Below are positions 8,788-19,882 of a stretch of DNA of 61,591 nt, in pieces. Under the pieces are notes generated by a model. That model was not told where the DNA came from and did not search any database. It worked only from the letters and a program-made list of their open reading frames with translations. Position 1 is the first letter of the stretch. Every line of letters starts with the position of its first letter. The stretch is from an uncultured Geobacteraceae bacterium (GTDB lineage: Bacteria; Desulfobacterota; Desulfuromonadia; Geobacterales; Pseudopelobacteraceae). The position numbers and the translations under genes were made by a program. The stretch is from the NCBI GenBank assembly GCA_903958085.1, contig CAJBRY010000657.1, forward strand, positions 1 to 61,591, given 5' to 3'.

Positions 8788-11700
8788 TCAATGCCCGGCG
8801 ATGTGCGAGTTTTCCTCAAACGCGGCGGCTAACGCGTCATCACCGCTCAAGCCTGCAGCTTTAGCCCGTTCAAGAGCCTGCAGTACCCGCTTGTAATCCA
8901 TCGGCATCACCTTGATAAACTGCTTGCGTACATTCTGCCAGTTGATAAGCAGCATTGTCGCACGTGAGCTGCCGGTATACTCGGCGTGATTTTCAAGCAT
9001 TGACTTAAGCGTTTCAGCGTCAGAATCATCTAGCTGTTCGAGTTCGGCCATCTCAGTGTTGCAGCGGGAAGAGAAAGTGCCGTCCTCATCCAGGACATAT
9101 GCGATACCACCACTCATCCCTGCAGCAAAATTACGTCCGGTTTTGCCAAGAATAGCAACAGTGCCACCGGTCATATATTCGCAACCGTGGTCACCGACCC
9201 CTTCAACAACCGCTGTAACGCCTGAGTTGCGGACACAGAAGCGTTCCCCGGCCATGCCACGAATGTAGGCCGTGCCGCTGGTAGCACCATATAATGCAAC
9301 ATTCCCGGCAATGATGTTTTCTTCAGCCTTGAATTTGGATCCGGCAGGCGGATAAAGAATAATCATGCCGCCGCTTAACCCTTTGCCAAGATAGTCATTT
9401 GCATCTCCAGACAGTTTCATTGTTATGCCGCGCGGAATAAACGCACCGAAACTCTGTCCGGCAGAACCGTTAAAAGTCAGACATACAGTGTTGTCAGGCA
9501 AGCCCTTTGCGCCATAATGACGGGTAATTTCATTGCCTAGAATGGTTCCGGTAACCCGGTCAACATTCGTAATCGGCAGTTCAGCAGTAACCGCCTCACC
9601 TCTTTCAATAGCCGGCTCGCAGATATCAAGCAGCCTAGTCATGTCGATGGTTTTTTCTAGTCCGTGATCCTGTTTCTCAGTACAGTATTTACCGACATTC
9701 AGGCCGACTTTGGGCTGGTAGAGTATTTTTGAAAAATCAAGGCCCTGCGCCTTCCAGTGATCAACAGCTTTAGATGGCTCAAGCACATCACAACGTCCTA
9801 CCATCTCATTTAAGGTACGGAAGCCGAGCTGAGCCATGATTTCACGCAGTTCTTCGGCGACAAAGCGCATGAAGTTTACTACATACTCCGGTTTGCCGCT
9901 GAAATTCTTACGAAGTTCAGGATCCTGAGTCGCTACGCCTGTTGGGCAGGTATTGCTGTGGCAAACACGCATCATGACACACCCCAGCGTTACCAGAGGT
10001 GCCGTGGCAAAACCAAATTCCTCGGCGCCCAGAAGAGCGGCAATAGCAACATCACGGCCGGTCTTAAGCTGACCGTCAGCTTCGATAATGATGCGGCTTC
10101 GTAGATTATTCAAAAGCAGCGTCTGGTGAGTCTCGGCAAGACCGAGTTCCCAAGGAAGGCCTGCATGCTTGATACTGGAAATTGGTGAAGCGCCGGTACC
10201 ACCGTCATAACCACTTATAAGAACAACGTCTGCATGAGCTTTGGCAACCCCGGCTGCAATGGTACCCACGCCGACCTCCGAAACCAGCTTGACGCTGACA
10301 CGGGCACGGCGATTGGCGTTTTTCAGGTCGTGAATCAGTTCCGCCAAATCCTCTATGGAGTAAATGTCATGGTGTGGCGGTGGTGATACAAGGCCAACAC
10401 CTGGTGTTGTGTGACGGGTCTTGGCAATCCATGGGTAAACCTTGTGTCCGGGCAGTTCACCACCTTCGCCCGGTTTAGCCCCTTGTGCCATTTTGATCTG
10501 CAACTCTCCGGCATTGGTCAGATAATCACTGGTGACACCGAAACGTCCTGAGGCAACCTGCTTGATGTTGCTGTTCTTTGAATCGCCAAGCTCGTTTGTC
10601 CATGTAAAGCGTTCTGGGTCCTCGCCCCCTTCGCCGGTATTGGATCTACCTCCGATGCGGTTCATGGCGATTGCCAAAGCTTCATGTGCCTCCTTGCTGA
10701 TAGAGCCATAAGACATCGCACCGGTTTTAAAGCGTTTCATCAACGCTTCCACCGGCTCAACCTCATCGAGCGGCACTGAAGGTATATTGCTCTTGAATTC
10801 AAGCATGCCACGCAGGGTATAGTGACGCTCACTCTGGTCGTCTATAAGCGAGGAGAAAACCTTGAATTCCTTATAATCACCAGTGCGGGTTGCCTTCTGG
10901 AGAGAAGTAATAGTCAACGGATTGTACTGATGCTCCTCGCCATCCTTACGCCACTGATAAACGCCGCCGGGAGTTAGTGTCACATCTGGCGCAATACGGC
11001 TTGGATAGGCTTTTGCGTGACGCTCCATCAATTCTCTTGCGATGCCGTCAATATCCGTTCCACCAATTCGTGAAGGTGTCCATGTAAAATAGCGATCAAC
11101 TACGGAACTATGTAGGCCTACAGCCTCGAAAACCTGTGCTCCTCGATAACTTTGAACCGTTGAAATACCCATCTTGGCCATTGTTTTAACAACGCCCTTG
11201 ATGGCCGCCTTAGTAAAATTTTTCACCGCTTTTTTATGATCAAGGCCTGGGAGCATCCCTTGAAGGATCATGTCGTCCAAAGTTTCATAGGCAAGGTAAG
11301 GGTTGATCGCATTTACACCGTAGCCAAGCAGCACAGCAAAATGGTGGACTTCACGCGGTTCGCCAGATTCAAGTACCAGGGATACAAGTGTACGGGTTCC
11401 GCTGTTAACCAAATGGTGATGCAAGCCGGAGAGCGCCAGTAAAGCTGGGACAGCGGCGTTGTTTTTATCTACCCCGCGGTCGGAAAGAATCAGAATGTTG
11501 CAACCCGCCTCCACCGCAACATCAGCCGCGGCAAAAAGCGCCTCCAGCCCTCTCTCCATGCCGGCAGCGCCACGACTGACCGGAAAGAGGAGTGACAGTG
11601 TTGCCGATTTGAAACCTTCACGGTCGATCTGGCGAAGTTTTTCCAATTCCTGATTGCAAAGCAACGGACTCTGAAGTTGAATTCTACGTGCGTTCCTTGA

Positions 11701-13368
11701 TGTAGGTTCAAGAAGATTTCCTTCTGAACCGAGCAAAGTAATGGTTGATGTGACAATCTCTTCACGAATAGGATCAATCGGAGGGTTGGTAACCTGAGCA
11801 AACAGCTGCTTGAAATAATTATACAACAACTGATTCTGGGTGGAGAGTACAGCAAGCGGAGTATCAGTTCCCATTGAGCCAAGCGGCTGCATTCCATCAA
11901 GCGCCATCGGTCCAAGAACCACACGCTGATCCTCGTAAGTATAGCCGAACGCCTGCTGGCGCTGAGTAAGACTGCTGCGGTCAGGTAGATGCATATCTGA
12001 TGTGTATGGCAAATCCTCCAGAAGGACGTAGTTTTCTTTAAGCCAGGTGCCGTAAGGGTTTAGTGCAGCCAATTCATTCTTGATCTCTTCATCCGGTACA
12101 ATTCGCCCCTGCTCCGTGTCAACAAGAAACATCTGACCGGGCTGAAGCCTCCCCTTGCGGATGATCCGCTCAGGTTCGATTTTGAGTACCCCGGCTTCAG
12201 ACGCCATTATGACGAGATCGTCACTGGTTATGTAGTAACGCGAAGGTCGCAGCCCGTTACGGTCAAGAACCGCTCCGATACTACGTCCATCGGTAAATGC
12301 AATAGCAGCCGGGCCATCCCATGGAGCTATCAGACAAGAGTGATATTCATAAAAAGCTCGCTTCTCTTCGCTCATTTCAGTGTGGTTTTCCCAAGGTTCA
12401 GGCACCATCATCATTATGGCATGCGGCAGGGAACGACCACTCATAACCAGCAGTTCCAGGCAGTTATCAAACATGCCGGAATCAGAACCACTGGTATTTA
12501 TGATAGGTAAAATTTTCTTGATATCATCACCGAACAGTTCGCTGGTTATATGGTTCTGGCGGGCGTTCATCCAGTTTACATTGCCGCGCAGTGTGTTGAT
12601 TTCGCCGTTGTGTGCCAGATATCGGTAAGGATGGGCGCGATCCCAGCTAGGGAAGGTATTGGTTGAGAAGCGTGAGTGCACAAGAGCAATGGCACTTTCC
12701 ATCAACGGATCACAAAGTTCCGGGTAATACTGGTCAACCTGTACCGGCATCAGCATACCTTTGTATATTATGGTTCTGGTTGAGAGACTGCAGACATACC
12801 AATGCTCGTCAACTCCGGCACGGCGTATTTCGTTGGTTGCCCGCTGATTGATAATATACAGCTTGCGGTTAAATGCCTGCTCATCAGCGCATTCCTGCGG
12901 ACGTTTGAGGAACAACTGCCTAACCATTGGCTCACCTTCCCAGGCAGTATTGCCGAGAGAAGAGTTGTCTGTCGGAACGTTGCGCCAGCCAAGAAGCTCA
13001 ACGCCTTCGTCAACCAGAATTTTTTCCAGAATATGCCTTGCAGCGTTGCGCTCCACCGCTTTTGGTGAAGTGAAAACCATGCCGACACCATAGTTAAATG
13101 GGTCTGGCAATTCAATACCAAGTGGAGCGCAGACAGATCGCAAAAAACAGTCCGGCATCTGCATAAGGATACCGGCACCGTCTCCGGTATTAGGTTCGCT
13201 TCCGGTAGCGCCGCGATGATCAAGGTTTACCAGTATTTCAAGCGCCTGACTGACAATATCGTGGGATTTTTTACCCTTCATATTGACAATGAAGCCGACG
13301 CCACAAGCGTCATGCTCAAATTGAGGATCGTATAGGCCCTGTTTTGCCGGTGGTTGGTTCTTTTTCAT
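8788..13368 (-). CDS. gltB: Glutamate synthase large subunit
   Basis: About 1526 aa. The amidotransferase N-terminus ...[10 protein letters not shown] carries the catalytic Cys. Start set at ATG 13368 (MKKNQPP). The 27-aa track extension has no family support. Confidence 0.92.
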   Translation of the reverse strand: MKKNQPPAKQGLYDPQFEHDACGVGFIVNMKGKKSHDIVSQALEILVNLDHRGATGSEPNTGDGAGILMQMPDCFLRSVCAPLGIELPDPFNYGVGMVFTSPKAVERNAARHILEKILVDEGVELLGWRNVPTDNSSLGNTAWEGEPMVRQLFLKRPQECADEQAFNRKLYIINQRATNEIRRAGVDEHWYVCSLSTRTIIYKGMLMPVQVDQYYPELCDPLMESAIALVHSRFSTNTFPSWDRAHPYRYLAHNGEINTLRGNVNWMNARQNHITSELFGDDIKKILPIINTSGSDSGMFDNCLELLVMSGRSLPHAIMMMVPEPWENHTEMSEEKRAFYEYHSCLIAPWDGPAAIAFTDGRSIGAVLDRNGLRPSRYYITSDDLVIMASEAGVLKIEPERIIRKGRLQPGQMFLVDTEQGRIVPDEEIKNELAALNPYGTWLKENYVLLEDLPYTSDMHLPDRSSLTQRQQAFGYTYEDQRVVLGPMALDGMQPLGSMGTDTPLAVLSTQNQLLYNYFKQLFAQVTNPPIDPIREEIVTSTITLLGSEGNLLEPTSRNARRIQLQSPLLCNQELEKLRQIDREGFKSATLSLLFPVSRGAAGMERGLEALFAAADVAVEAGCNILILSDRGVDKNNAAVPALLALSGLHHHLVNSGTRTLVSLVLESGEPREVHHFAVLLGYGVNAINPYLAYETLDDMILQGMLPGLDHKKAVKNFTKAAIKGVVKTMAKMGISTVQSYRGAQVFEAVGLHSSVVDRYFTWTPSRIGGTDIDGIARELMERHAKAYPSRIAPDVTLTPGGVYQWRKDGEEHQYNPLTITSLQKATRTGDYKEFKVFSSLIDDQSERHYTLRGMLEFKSNIPSVPLDEVEPVEALMKRFKTGAMSYGSISKEAHEALAIAMNRIGGRSNTGEGGEDPERFTWTNELGDSKNSNIKQVASGRFGVTSDYLTNAGELQIKMAQGAKPGEGGELPGHKVYPWIAKTRHTTPGVGLVSPPPHHDIYSIEDLAELIHDLKNANRRARVSVKLVSEVGVGTIAAGVAKAHADVVLISGYDGGTGASPISSIKHAGLPWELGLAETHQTLLLNNLRSRIIIEADGQLKTGRDVAIAALLGAEEFGFATAPLVTLGCVMMRVCHSNTCPTGVATQDPELRKNFSGKPEYVVNFMRFVAEELREIMAQLGFRTLNEMVGRCDVLEPSKAVDHWKAQGLDFSKILYQPKVGLNVGKYCTEKQDHGLEKTIDMTRLLDICEPAIERGEAVTAELPITNVDRVTGTILGNEITRHYGAKGLPDNTVCLTFNGSAGQSFGAFIPRGITMKLSGDANDYLGKGLSGGMIILYPPAGSKFKAEENIIAGNVALYGATSGTAYIRGMAGERFCVRNSGVTAVVEGVGDHGCEYMTGGTVAILGKTGRNFAAGMSGGIAYVLDEDGTFSSRCNTEMAELEQLDDSDAETLKSMLENHAEYTGSSRATMLLINWQNVRKQFIKVMPMDYKRVLQALERAKAAGLSGDDALAAAFEENSHIAGH

Positions 13369-13432
13369 TGGGTAACCTTTTGTTACTTTTAGTTGATTTA
13401 GGTGTTCGCAATTCGTGCGGAGTGAGATCTTT

Positions 13433-13448
13433 AGCAGGTAGTGTGCCA
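13433..13448 (-). promoter_or_regulatory. Candidate sigma-54 (RpoN) promoter of gltBD
   Basis: The minus strand reads TGGCACactacCTGCT, i.e. GG-N10-GC with correct -24/-12 spacing. It lies about 65-80 nt upstream of the gltB ATG. Confidence 0.5.
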
Positions 13449-13560
13449 CTTGGAAATTCTATCACTTAAACAATAAATGGCAACCTGCTTTCTCAGATAC
13501 TTATGTCGTTATTTTACCACCCGGTCTAATCGTGGGAAATTATAGTTGCTTCTTGTCGAG

Positions 13561-13592
13561 TGCAAATAGTACTCTTATGAGTACATAGTGCC
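13561..13592. promoter_or_regulatory. Imperfect 14+14 palindrome, possible enhancer-binding-protein site upstream of the sigma-54 promoter
   Basis: tGCAaataGTACTC-ttat-GAGTACatagTGCc, with 9 of 14 arm positions complementary. It lies about 115-145 bp upstream of the -24/-12 element. Confidence 0.3.
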
Positions 13593-13802
13593 AGCAAAAT
13601 AGGAAGGGTGATTGTTTCTCCATGATTTTTCACCAAAAGTGGAGATGGAGCGATCACATAATTAACTTTGGCTAGCTGCAGTCCTGAATCAAGTGCAGTA
13701 TGATCTGACAGTGATTTTTCAATAAGTTGAAACATACCGGATTTTCTGGTACAAGAATGTACAGCATTGCAATTCTTCAAATGGACAAAAAAGCCACCCA
13801 AA

Positions 13803-15059
13803 ATGAATCGTTATTATTACATACTGAGCTTATTCATTATTTCTATTATGTCTCTGCCATTGCCGGTTCTCGCCGCTAAGAAGAAAGAACCTTCTTTCAG
13901 TTCGCATACATCCGTAACGATTCGCCCTCCCGCAATTCTAAATGATATGAGACACTGGTCTAACCCTGATTACACAAGGGTTTCGCTGGAACTGGACAGG
14001 GACGTTACATGGGAGACCCATGAGCTTGGTAAAGGAGCTCCTGGAAAACCCGGGCGCGTCTATATTGATCTGAAGCGGACCCGCATTGGAAAGAGCGTTA
14101 AGGATATCACAATTGGAGACGGATTACTGAAAGGCGTCCGGGTTGGACAGTATAGAGCCGAAGTTGTGAGAGTGGTACTTGATACTGAAAATATAAAGGA
14201 CTATAAAATTTTCCCGTTGTCAGATCCTGCGAGACTGGTCATTGATGTCAGGGGCGAACGTCAGACTGAAATCTCCAGATTAGATCCGCTACTGAGTACC
14301 ATGCCTGAAAAAATTTCGGGAACGGTATCTGAAGAGCCGATTGTTGTTGAGAAAAAGAACAGACCGATAAAGAAACCGGCAATTTCAAAAATAAGGCGTA
14401 TCGTGGTTGATCCTGGGCATGGTGGGCATGATCCTGGCGCGGTCGGCCCAAGTGGCGTGCAGGAAAAGGATGTTGTGCTGTCAATCGGGCTGAAGTTGAA
14501 AGAGTTATTCAAAGAGGAACTCGGCTTGGACGTTGTAATGACCCGTTCAACAGATGTTTTCATTCCGCTCGAAGAGCGCACCGCTATTGCAAACAAAGTG
14601 GGAGCCGATCTCTTTCTGTCGGTACACGCCAATGCTGCGCCGAATCGATCGGCCGCTGGAATTGAGACCTATTATCTCAATCTGGCCAAGACAGACAAGG
14701 TTGCACAATTAGCAGCCAAAGAGAATGGCACTTCGCTGGAGAAGGTCAGTGTGCTGCAGGCAATTTTATTCGATCTGATGGCGAATTATAAGTTGAATGA
14801 TTCAGCTCATCTGGCTGATGAGGTGCAGAAATCACTGCATAAAAAAATCCGTGCAAGGCACAGTGATGTAAAAAATCTTGGAGTAAAGCAGGGCCCGTTT
14901 TATGTCCTGGTAGGTGCATCTATGCCGAGCATCCTGGTCGAAACGGCTTTTCTTTCAAATTCAGCAGAAGAATCCCGCCTCAAGGACCCAGTCTATCAGG
15001 ATAACGCTGCCGAGGGAATCCTGGATGGCGTCCGCAGTTACATAAGCAGCCTGAAGTAA
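13803..15059 (+). CDS. amiC: N-acetylmuramoyl-L-alanine amidase (AMIN domain plus amidase_3 domain)
   Basis: Signal peptide MNRYYYILSLFIISIMSLPLPVLA, and an amidase_3 block (VVDPGHGGHDPGA...SVHANA). Start moved to ATG 13803. Confidence 0.85.
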   Translation: MNRYYYILSLFIISIMSLPLPVLAAKKKEPSFSSHTSVTIRPPAILNDMRHWSNPDYTRVSLELDRDVTWETHELGKGAPGKPGRVYIDLKRTRIGKSVKDITIGDGLLKGVRVGQYRAEVVRVVLDTENIKDYKIFPLSDPARLVIDVRGERQTEISRLDPLLSTMPEKISGTVSEEPIVVEKKNRPIKKPAISKIRRIVVDPGHGGHDPGAVGPSGVQEKDVVLSIGLKLKELFKEELGLDVVMTRSTDVFIPLEERTAIANKVGADLFLSVHANAAPNRSAAGIETYYLNLAKTDKVAQLAAKENGTSLEKVSVLQAILFDLMANYKLNDSAHLADEVQKSLHKKIRARHSDVKNLGVKQGPFYVLVGASMPSILVETAFLSNSAEESRLKDPVYQDNAAEGILDGVRSYISSLK

Positions 15060-15068
15060 TCGACACCT

Positions 15069-15596
15069 TTAGCGTAGATTGCTTGACAGTGCTGCCGCTA
15101 TTGAAATGCGCTCGTCAGTTTCGTTCGATTCGGTCTGTGACAGATAAATCGAGTTTATTGCTGCAAGCAATGTATTGAGTTTGTCAATATCAACAACATG
15201 AGAACCGGAGAGGGATTCTGTTTCTGTCAAGTTAAGGGGGCAGCAGTCGCTTTTGTGTAGTCCGTCCAAAGTGTAGACAATAGGCAAACCATGGGTTCTA
15301 CATATAATTGGACGGGCATCATATAACATGCAATGGTCTTGATTAAGGAGTGGACAGCGTTCTCCATCAGCATGTTCCGAAACATGGCAACGAATTTCAT
15401 CCGCTTTTTGTGTGGGAAGTTTTACTAGAGCTTCCCGCATTGCTGATGCTTCAACAGGAAAAACCGTAATTGAAGTGCAACATGAACTGCAGCCTGCAGA
15501 GCAGGTTATCTGTTCTCCGAGTGCAGATACAATATCCGCGCAGAGGGTATCAACCCTGTCAGTCAGTTGTTTGTAGTTATTGAGAAATTGTGACAT
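15069..15596 (-). CDS. YkgJ-family (UPF0153) cysteine-cluster protein
   Basis: CSAGCSSCC motif plus further conserved Cys. Start set at ATG 15596 (MSQFLNNY) to avoid a 74-nt overlap with prfA. Confidence 0.6.
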   Translation of the reverse strand: MSQFLNNYKQLTDRVDTLCADIVSALGEQITCSAGCSSCCTSITVFPVEASAMREALVKLPTQKADEIRCHVSEHADGERCPLLNQDHCMLYDARPIICRTHGLPIVYTLDGLHKSDCCPLNLTETESLSGSHVVDIDKLNTLLAAINSIYLSQTESNETDERISIAAALSSNLR

Positions 15597-15630
15597 GATT
15601 TTTTTAGTCGCTGTCCAAAGAAACGGTAAA

Positions 15631-16701
15631 TCAGTTCCCTTCACTCTGGGCTTTAAGGGCTTCCATCTGATAAAACGTTCGCAGAGCGTCTGTAATTTCA
15701 GCAATATCTCCGGTCATAATTGAATCAAGTCGATATAAAGTAAGACCGATACGATGGTCGGTCATGCGCCCCTGAGGAAAATTGTAAGTGCGGATACGCT
15801 CGCTTCGGTCGCCAGAACCAACCTGCTGTTTGCGGTCGGCGGCCAGCTTTGAATCCTGTGCCTGCTGTATGGTGTCAAGAATACGTGTTTTAAGTACCTT
15901 CATTGCTTTGGCGCGGTTCTTTATCTGACTCCGCTCTTCCTGGCACGCAACAACGGTGCCGGTGGGGAGATGGGTAATACGTACGGCCGAGTCAGTGGTG
16001 TTGACATGCTGACCGCCAGCACCGGAAGAACGATAAACATCTATTTTCAGATCGTCAGGGCGGATGTCAATATCTACATCTTCCGCTTCCGGCATTATTG
16101 CCACAGTACAGGCACTTGTATGAATCCGCCCCTGAGCTTCAGTTTCAGGTACCCGCTGAACGCGATGCGTTCCTGATTCATACTTGAGTTTGGCAAAGAC
16201 CCCTTCACCTTCAACAGATGCGATGATCTCCTTGTAGCCTCCCCGCTCAGATTCAGAAGCCGAAATAATCTCAACTTTCCAGCGGTTTGTATCTGCGTAT
16301 CGGCTATACATGCGGAATAGATCTCCAGCGAAAAGAGCCGACTCGTCGCCTCCCGTTCCAGCACGGATTTCAAGAATAACACTTTTGTTGTCGTTCGGAT
16401 CTTTAGGTAGCAGCAGCAACTGAATGCCTGCATCAAGCTGCTCTTTCTCTGTTTCCAGGCTTTTTAACTCATCTTCTGCCATTTCTTTCATGTCAGGATC
16501 AGACAACAGTTCGCGATTATCCGATATTTCTCCCAAAATTTTTCTGTAACGCCGGTAAACGGACACAAGTTCGCTTAGATCGGAATGCTCACGGGAGAGT
16601 TTACGAAACTCAGGCTGGTTGGAAATCACTGTCGGATCAGAAAGCAGTGCTTCCAATTCCTGATATCGTCGTTCCAGTTCTTCTATCTTGTCCATCATCA
16701 T
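15631..16701 (-). CDS. prfA: Peptide chain release factor 1
   Basis: GGQHVNTT (GGQ motif), RF-1 type PET tripeptide context, about 356 aa. Start at the first of three ATGs (16701), preceded by GAGGGTGGA. Confidence 0.92.
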   Translation of the reverse strand: MMMDKIEELERRYQELEALLSDPTVISNQPEFRKLSREHSDLSELVSVYRRYRKILGEISDNRELLSDPDMKEMAEDELKSLETEKEQLDAGIQLLLLPKDPNDNKSVILEIRAGTGGDESALFAGDLFRMYSRYADTNRWKVEIISASESERGGYKEIIASVEGEGVFAKLKYESGTHRVQRVPETEAQGRIHTSACTVAIMPEAEDVDIDIRPDDLKIDVYRSSGAGGQHVNTTDSAVRITHLPTGTVVACQEERSQIKNRAKAMKVLKTRILDTIQQAQDSKLAADRKQQVGSGDRSERIRTYNFPQGRMTDHRIGLTLYRLDSIMTGDIAEITDALRTFYQMEALKAQSEGN

Positions 16702-16751
16702 TGTTTGTAATCCACCCTCGAAGAGTAATCCATTACTGCCATCAGTCCAAA

Positions 16752-16784
16752 CAAAAAAACGGGGGCATATCCATACACCCCCGG
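16752..16784 (-). terminator. Rho-independent terminator after the HU gene
   Basis: Minus-strand stem CGGGGG...CCCCCG with a 12-nt loop, followed by T7. Confidence 0.65.
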
Positions 16785-16815
16785 CCAAAAAATGTTTTCA
16801 ATTCGTATAATGTTG

Positions 16816-17082
16816 CTACAGATTTTTTAGACCCTTGCCTGCCGAGAACTTGCCACTCTTTGAGGCTGCAATGTTGATCTCTGCTCCGGTCTGCGGGTTG
16901 CGCCCTTTACGTGCAGCCCGCTGTGCTACTTCAAAAGTACCAAAACCGGGAAATGTAACTTTGTCGCCTGCTTTTAGCAAATCCGTTGTTACCTTTAAAA
17001 AGGCTTCTACTGTTTCAGCAGCAACTGTTTTAGGCACTTCAAGTTCTGCTGCTACTGCTGCCACAAATTCTGCTTTTGTCAT
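16816..17082 (-). CDS. hup: HU-family nucleoid-associated DNA-binding protein
   Basis: 88 aa. [11 protein letters not shown]...[23 protein letters not shown] is a classic HU/IHF beta-arm sequence. Confidence 0.9.
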   Translation of the reverse strand: MTKAEFVAAVAAELEVPKTVAAETVEAFLKVTTDLLKAGDKVTFPGFGTFEVAQRAARKGRNPQTGAEINIAASKSGKFSAGKGLKNL

Positions 17083-17116
17083 AATCTCTCCTTGATATCT
17101 TGTTTTTGGTGGAAGT

Positions 17117-17145
17117 TTAATAGCACAAAAATCATAAAATGTCAG
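17117..17145 (-). promoter_or_regulatory. Candidate sigma-70 promoter of the HU gene
   Basis: Minus strand reads CTGACA-17 nt-TATTAA (the -10 is preceded by TGc). It lies about 35 nt upstream of the AGGAGA RBS. Confidence 0.4.
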
Positions 17146-17169
17146 GCAGGAATATTCTGGGGCTATAAA

Positions 17170-17391
17170 TCAGACCCCGACAACTTCCTTTACGCCTGGG
17201 ATTTGTTCTTTCATGGCACGCTCGATACCCATCTTGAGTGTCATGGTGGACATGGGGCAACAGCCGCAAGCCCCTTTCAACTTAACTTTAACAATGCCGT
17301 CTTCAGTAACTTCTACTAACTCGACATCGCCTCCGTCGGCTTGAAGATTAGGACGTATCTGCTCAAGCACTCTAAGCACTTCTTCTTTCAT
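17170..17391 (-). CDS. NifU-like (Nfu C-terminal type) Fe-S cluster carrier domain protein
   Basis: 73 aa from [21 protein letters not shown] (CxxC) motif with the typical [11 protein letters not shown] block. Confidence 0.75.
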   Translation of the reverse strand: MKEEVLRVLEQIRPNLQADGGDVELVEVTEDGIVKVKLKGACGCCPMSTMTLKMGIERAMKEQIPGVKEVVGV

Positions 17392-17434
17392 TTGTTCATC
17401 CTCCTTAGTATATATATTGTTGCCAGGCAAATAC

Positions 17435-18832
17435 TTATTCTTTTGGCAAGCCTGGAGATGTGAGGTGTTCCGGACGCATGATCTCGTCCAACTCCTCTTC
17501 GGCCATTAACTTCTGTTCCAGTACAATTTCCCTAATACTCCTGCCACTGGCAACAGATTCTTTGGCAATTGCAGCTGAAGCATTATAGCCGATATACGGT
17601 GCGAGTACCGTTACCAGACCAAGTGAATCTTCCAGATAACGACGACAACGGGATTCATTAACTACTATTCCGCTTATACAGGATTCGGTGAATTTCTGCA
17701 CGCAATTCTTGAGGATTTCCATGGAAAACGTCAAATTCCAGGAGATCAGCGGCATCATAACATTAAGTTCCAACTGCCCCGCCTGGCTCGCCAGCATGAT
17801 TGCCTGATCGCAACCCATCACTTGAAAGCATACCATGTTAGTCATCTCTGCCATCGATGGATTTATTTTACCAGGCATGATCGAAGAACCTGGCTGGATA
17901 GGCGGAAGGCGTATTTCATCGAAACCGGTTCTTGGGCCTGAAGCCAGCAGACGCAGATCGTTGGAGATCCGCCCAAGGTTGACCGCAGTGCGTCTAAGTG
18001 CCGCTGAAAGAGCAAGGAAAGGATCCATATTCTGCATCGCCTCGAAAAGGTCAGTGCTTGAAACAAGCGGAAATCCGGTGGCAACTGATAGTTCCTCGAC
18101 CATTGACTTGATATAGGCGGGTTCAGCGTTCAGGCCGGTTCCTACTGCAGTGCCACCTATGCCAAGCTCTAACAAGGAGGGGATGCATGCTTCCAGTCCT
18201 TCGCGATTTTTCCGGATTGCAGCCGAATAGGCGCCAAACTCCTGCCCCATGCGAATCGGGACAGCATCCTGAAGATGTGTACGTCCTGACTTTAGTATAT
18301 GGTTAAATTCCTTCGCTTTGTCTGTCAGTGAAAATTCAAGCCGTTCCAGTTCCTCCAACAGCGGATCAAGCATTTCAAGCGAAGCTAGGCGGATTGCTGT
18401 AGGAACTACATCATTTGTGGATTGAGCCATGTTTACATGGTCATTGGGGTGAAGTGTGGAAAAGTCACCACATTTAAAACCCAACAGCTCCAGAGCACGA
18501 TTAGCCAAAACTTCGTTTACATTCATATTGTGCGAAGTGCCGGCACCAGCCTGGAATGGATCTACAACAAAATGCTCGGCAAATCCACCTGCCAACACCT
18601 CATCAGCAGCAGTAACTATTGCGCTGCCAATCTCCGCTGCCAATCTTCCGGTGTTCATATTGGCTTTAGCTGCGCACTTTTTGATGATAACCGTTGCCCA
18701 GACAAATGTCGGGTGTGGCCTTAAACCGGATATGGGGAAATTTTGAACAGCCCTGGCGGTTTGTGCGCCGTAGTATACATTTGCGGGAACGGACATTTCT
18801 CCCATAGAATCTTTTTCAATTCGTGTCGCCAT
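17435..18832 (-). CDS. aspA: Aspartate ammonia-lyase (class II fumarase/aspartase family)
   Basis: [11 protein letters not shown] signature. The THLQDAVP and [10 protein letters not shown] blocks fit AspA better than FumC (which has MDATP and GNFELNVF). Confidence 0.75.
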   Translation of the reverse strand: MATRIEKDSMGEMSVPANVYYGAQTARAVQNFPISGLRPHPTFVWATVIIKKCAAKANMNTGRLAAEIGSAIVTAADEVLAGGFAEHFVVDPFQAGAGTSHNMNVNEVLANRALELLGFKCGDFSTLHPNDHVNMAQSTNDVVPTAIRLASLEMLDPLLEELERLEFSLTDKAKEFNHILKSGRTHLQDAVPIRMGQEFGAYSAAIRKNREGLEACIPSLLELGIGGTAVGTGLNAEPAYIKSMVEELSVATGFPLVSSTDLFEAMQNMDPFLALSAALRRTAVNLGRISNDLRLLASGPRTGFDEIRLPPIQPGSSIMPGKINPSMAEMTNMVCFQVMGCDQAIMLASQAGQLELNVMMPLISWNLTFSMEILKNCVQKFTESCISGIVVNESRCRRYLEDSLGLVTVLAPYIGYNASAAIAKESVASGRSIREIVLEQKLMAEEELDEIMRPEHLTSPGLPKE

Positions 18833-18859
18833 GGTTCACCTCAAATAAAATGTTTGTGA

Positions 18860-19879
18860 TCAGGATGGGTTTTGTTCTCTGGAGTCGAGCATAGTTCTAA
18901 CAGTTTCAAAGACCTCATCAACAGTTATTAGTTCCATACATTCCAAGTAATTTGGATTGTCGCACTTATTCGCTTTGCAATGGACGCAGGCAACCTCTGG
19001 ATGACTGATAATAATATGTCCGTTTCCGACTGGTCCAGTACGACGAGGATCAATTGCCCCGAACAGTGCCACTACCGGTGTGCCTACTGCAGTTGCCATA
19101 TGCATTGGCCCGGTATCGCCGCTAACCAGCAGGGAGCACATCGAGAGGACAGCCCCCAACTGCAGCATGGACGTTTTCTCAACCAGGTTAATCGGCTTAT
19201 GATTCATGCCGGCAGAAATCTCTTTTGCCAGATTCCTCTCAAGCCATCCTCCAACGATAACAACCTCTGCGCCAATTTCATCCACCAAACGATTTCCAAG
19301 AGCTGCAAACTGCGCGGTACTCCAACATTTTATCAGATTACTTGCTCCGGGATTAAAAGCAACAATTCTACGTTTATTAACTCCAGAAGCCTCAAACAAC
19401 GCCACTGCAAAACGGCGATGTTCTTCGGTAATGTATAGGTCAAGCCCATCTGCTTCAGAAATAATTCCGAGCGGTTCAACTGTTTTCAGGTGATCAAAAA
19501 CTGCGTGGATGACCGGCTTACGGGTCTTGTTATATACTAAAATTTTGCAGGGGAGTGCAGCAGAAGCAAGGAACCAGGTCTTCAAATTACTGCGCTGGAA
19601 GTTGATGACCAGATTGTATGAATTGCTTCTTATTTGCTGCCAAAGAGCAAGCAGTGCTTTTAATGAGCGGTGTTCATCAAGTCGGTTATAAACAAGTACA
19701 TTTGTTATGTCGGGATGATGACGAAACAGGTCTATCGAGGCTGCATTACCGACCATAATATCGATGCGGGCATTTGGGAAACGCTTCCTAAGTCCCCTGA
19801 TTGTCGGCGTCAAGTGAAGCAGATCGCCCATCGCACCGGGTTTTATGAGGAGTATACTAGAAATTCCAGATTGAACCAT
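18860..19879 (-). CDS. Glycosyltransferase family 9 (heptosyltransferase-like)
   Basis: N-terminal ILLIKPGAMGDLLHLTP and C-terminal GDTGPMHMA motifs are typical of GT9. Confidence 0.75.
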   Translation of the reverse strand: MVQSGISSILLIKPGAMGDLLHLTPTIRGLRKRFPNARIDIMVGNAASIDLFRHHPDITNVLVYNRLDEHRSLKALLALWQQIRSNSYNLVINFQRSNLKTWFLASAALPCKILVYNKTRKPVIHAVFDHLKTVEPLGIISEADGLDLYITEEHRRFAVALFEASGVNKRRIVAFNPGASNLIKCWSTAQFAALGNRLVDEIGAEVVIVGGWLERNLAKEISAGMNHKPINLVEKTSMLQLGAVLSMCSLLVSGDTGPMHMATAVGTPVVALFGAIDPRRTGPVGNGHIIISHPEVACVHCKANKCDNPNYLECMELITVDEVFETVRTMLDSREQNPS

Positions 19880-19882
19880 AAA

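Noticed and set aside
8788-13449. Numerous 60-170 aa antisense or alternate-frame ORFs inside gltB, pckG, the Fe-S oxidoreductase, etfA, gltD and other long genes
   Set aside because: They are shadow ORFs nested in strongly supported long CDSs. None has a recognisable motif.
13526-13801. 91-aa minus-strand ORF in the gltB-amiC intergenic region
   Set aside because: No family resemblance and an odd composition. It overlaps the amiC start and covers the region better explained as the gltB promoter/UAS. Likely spurious.
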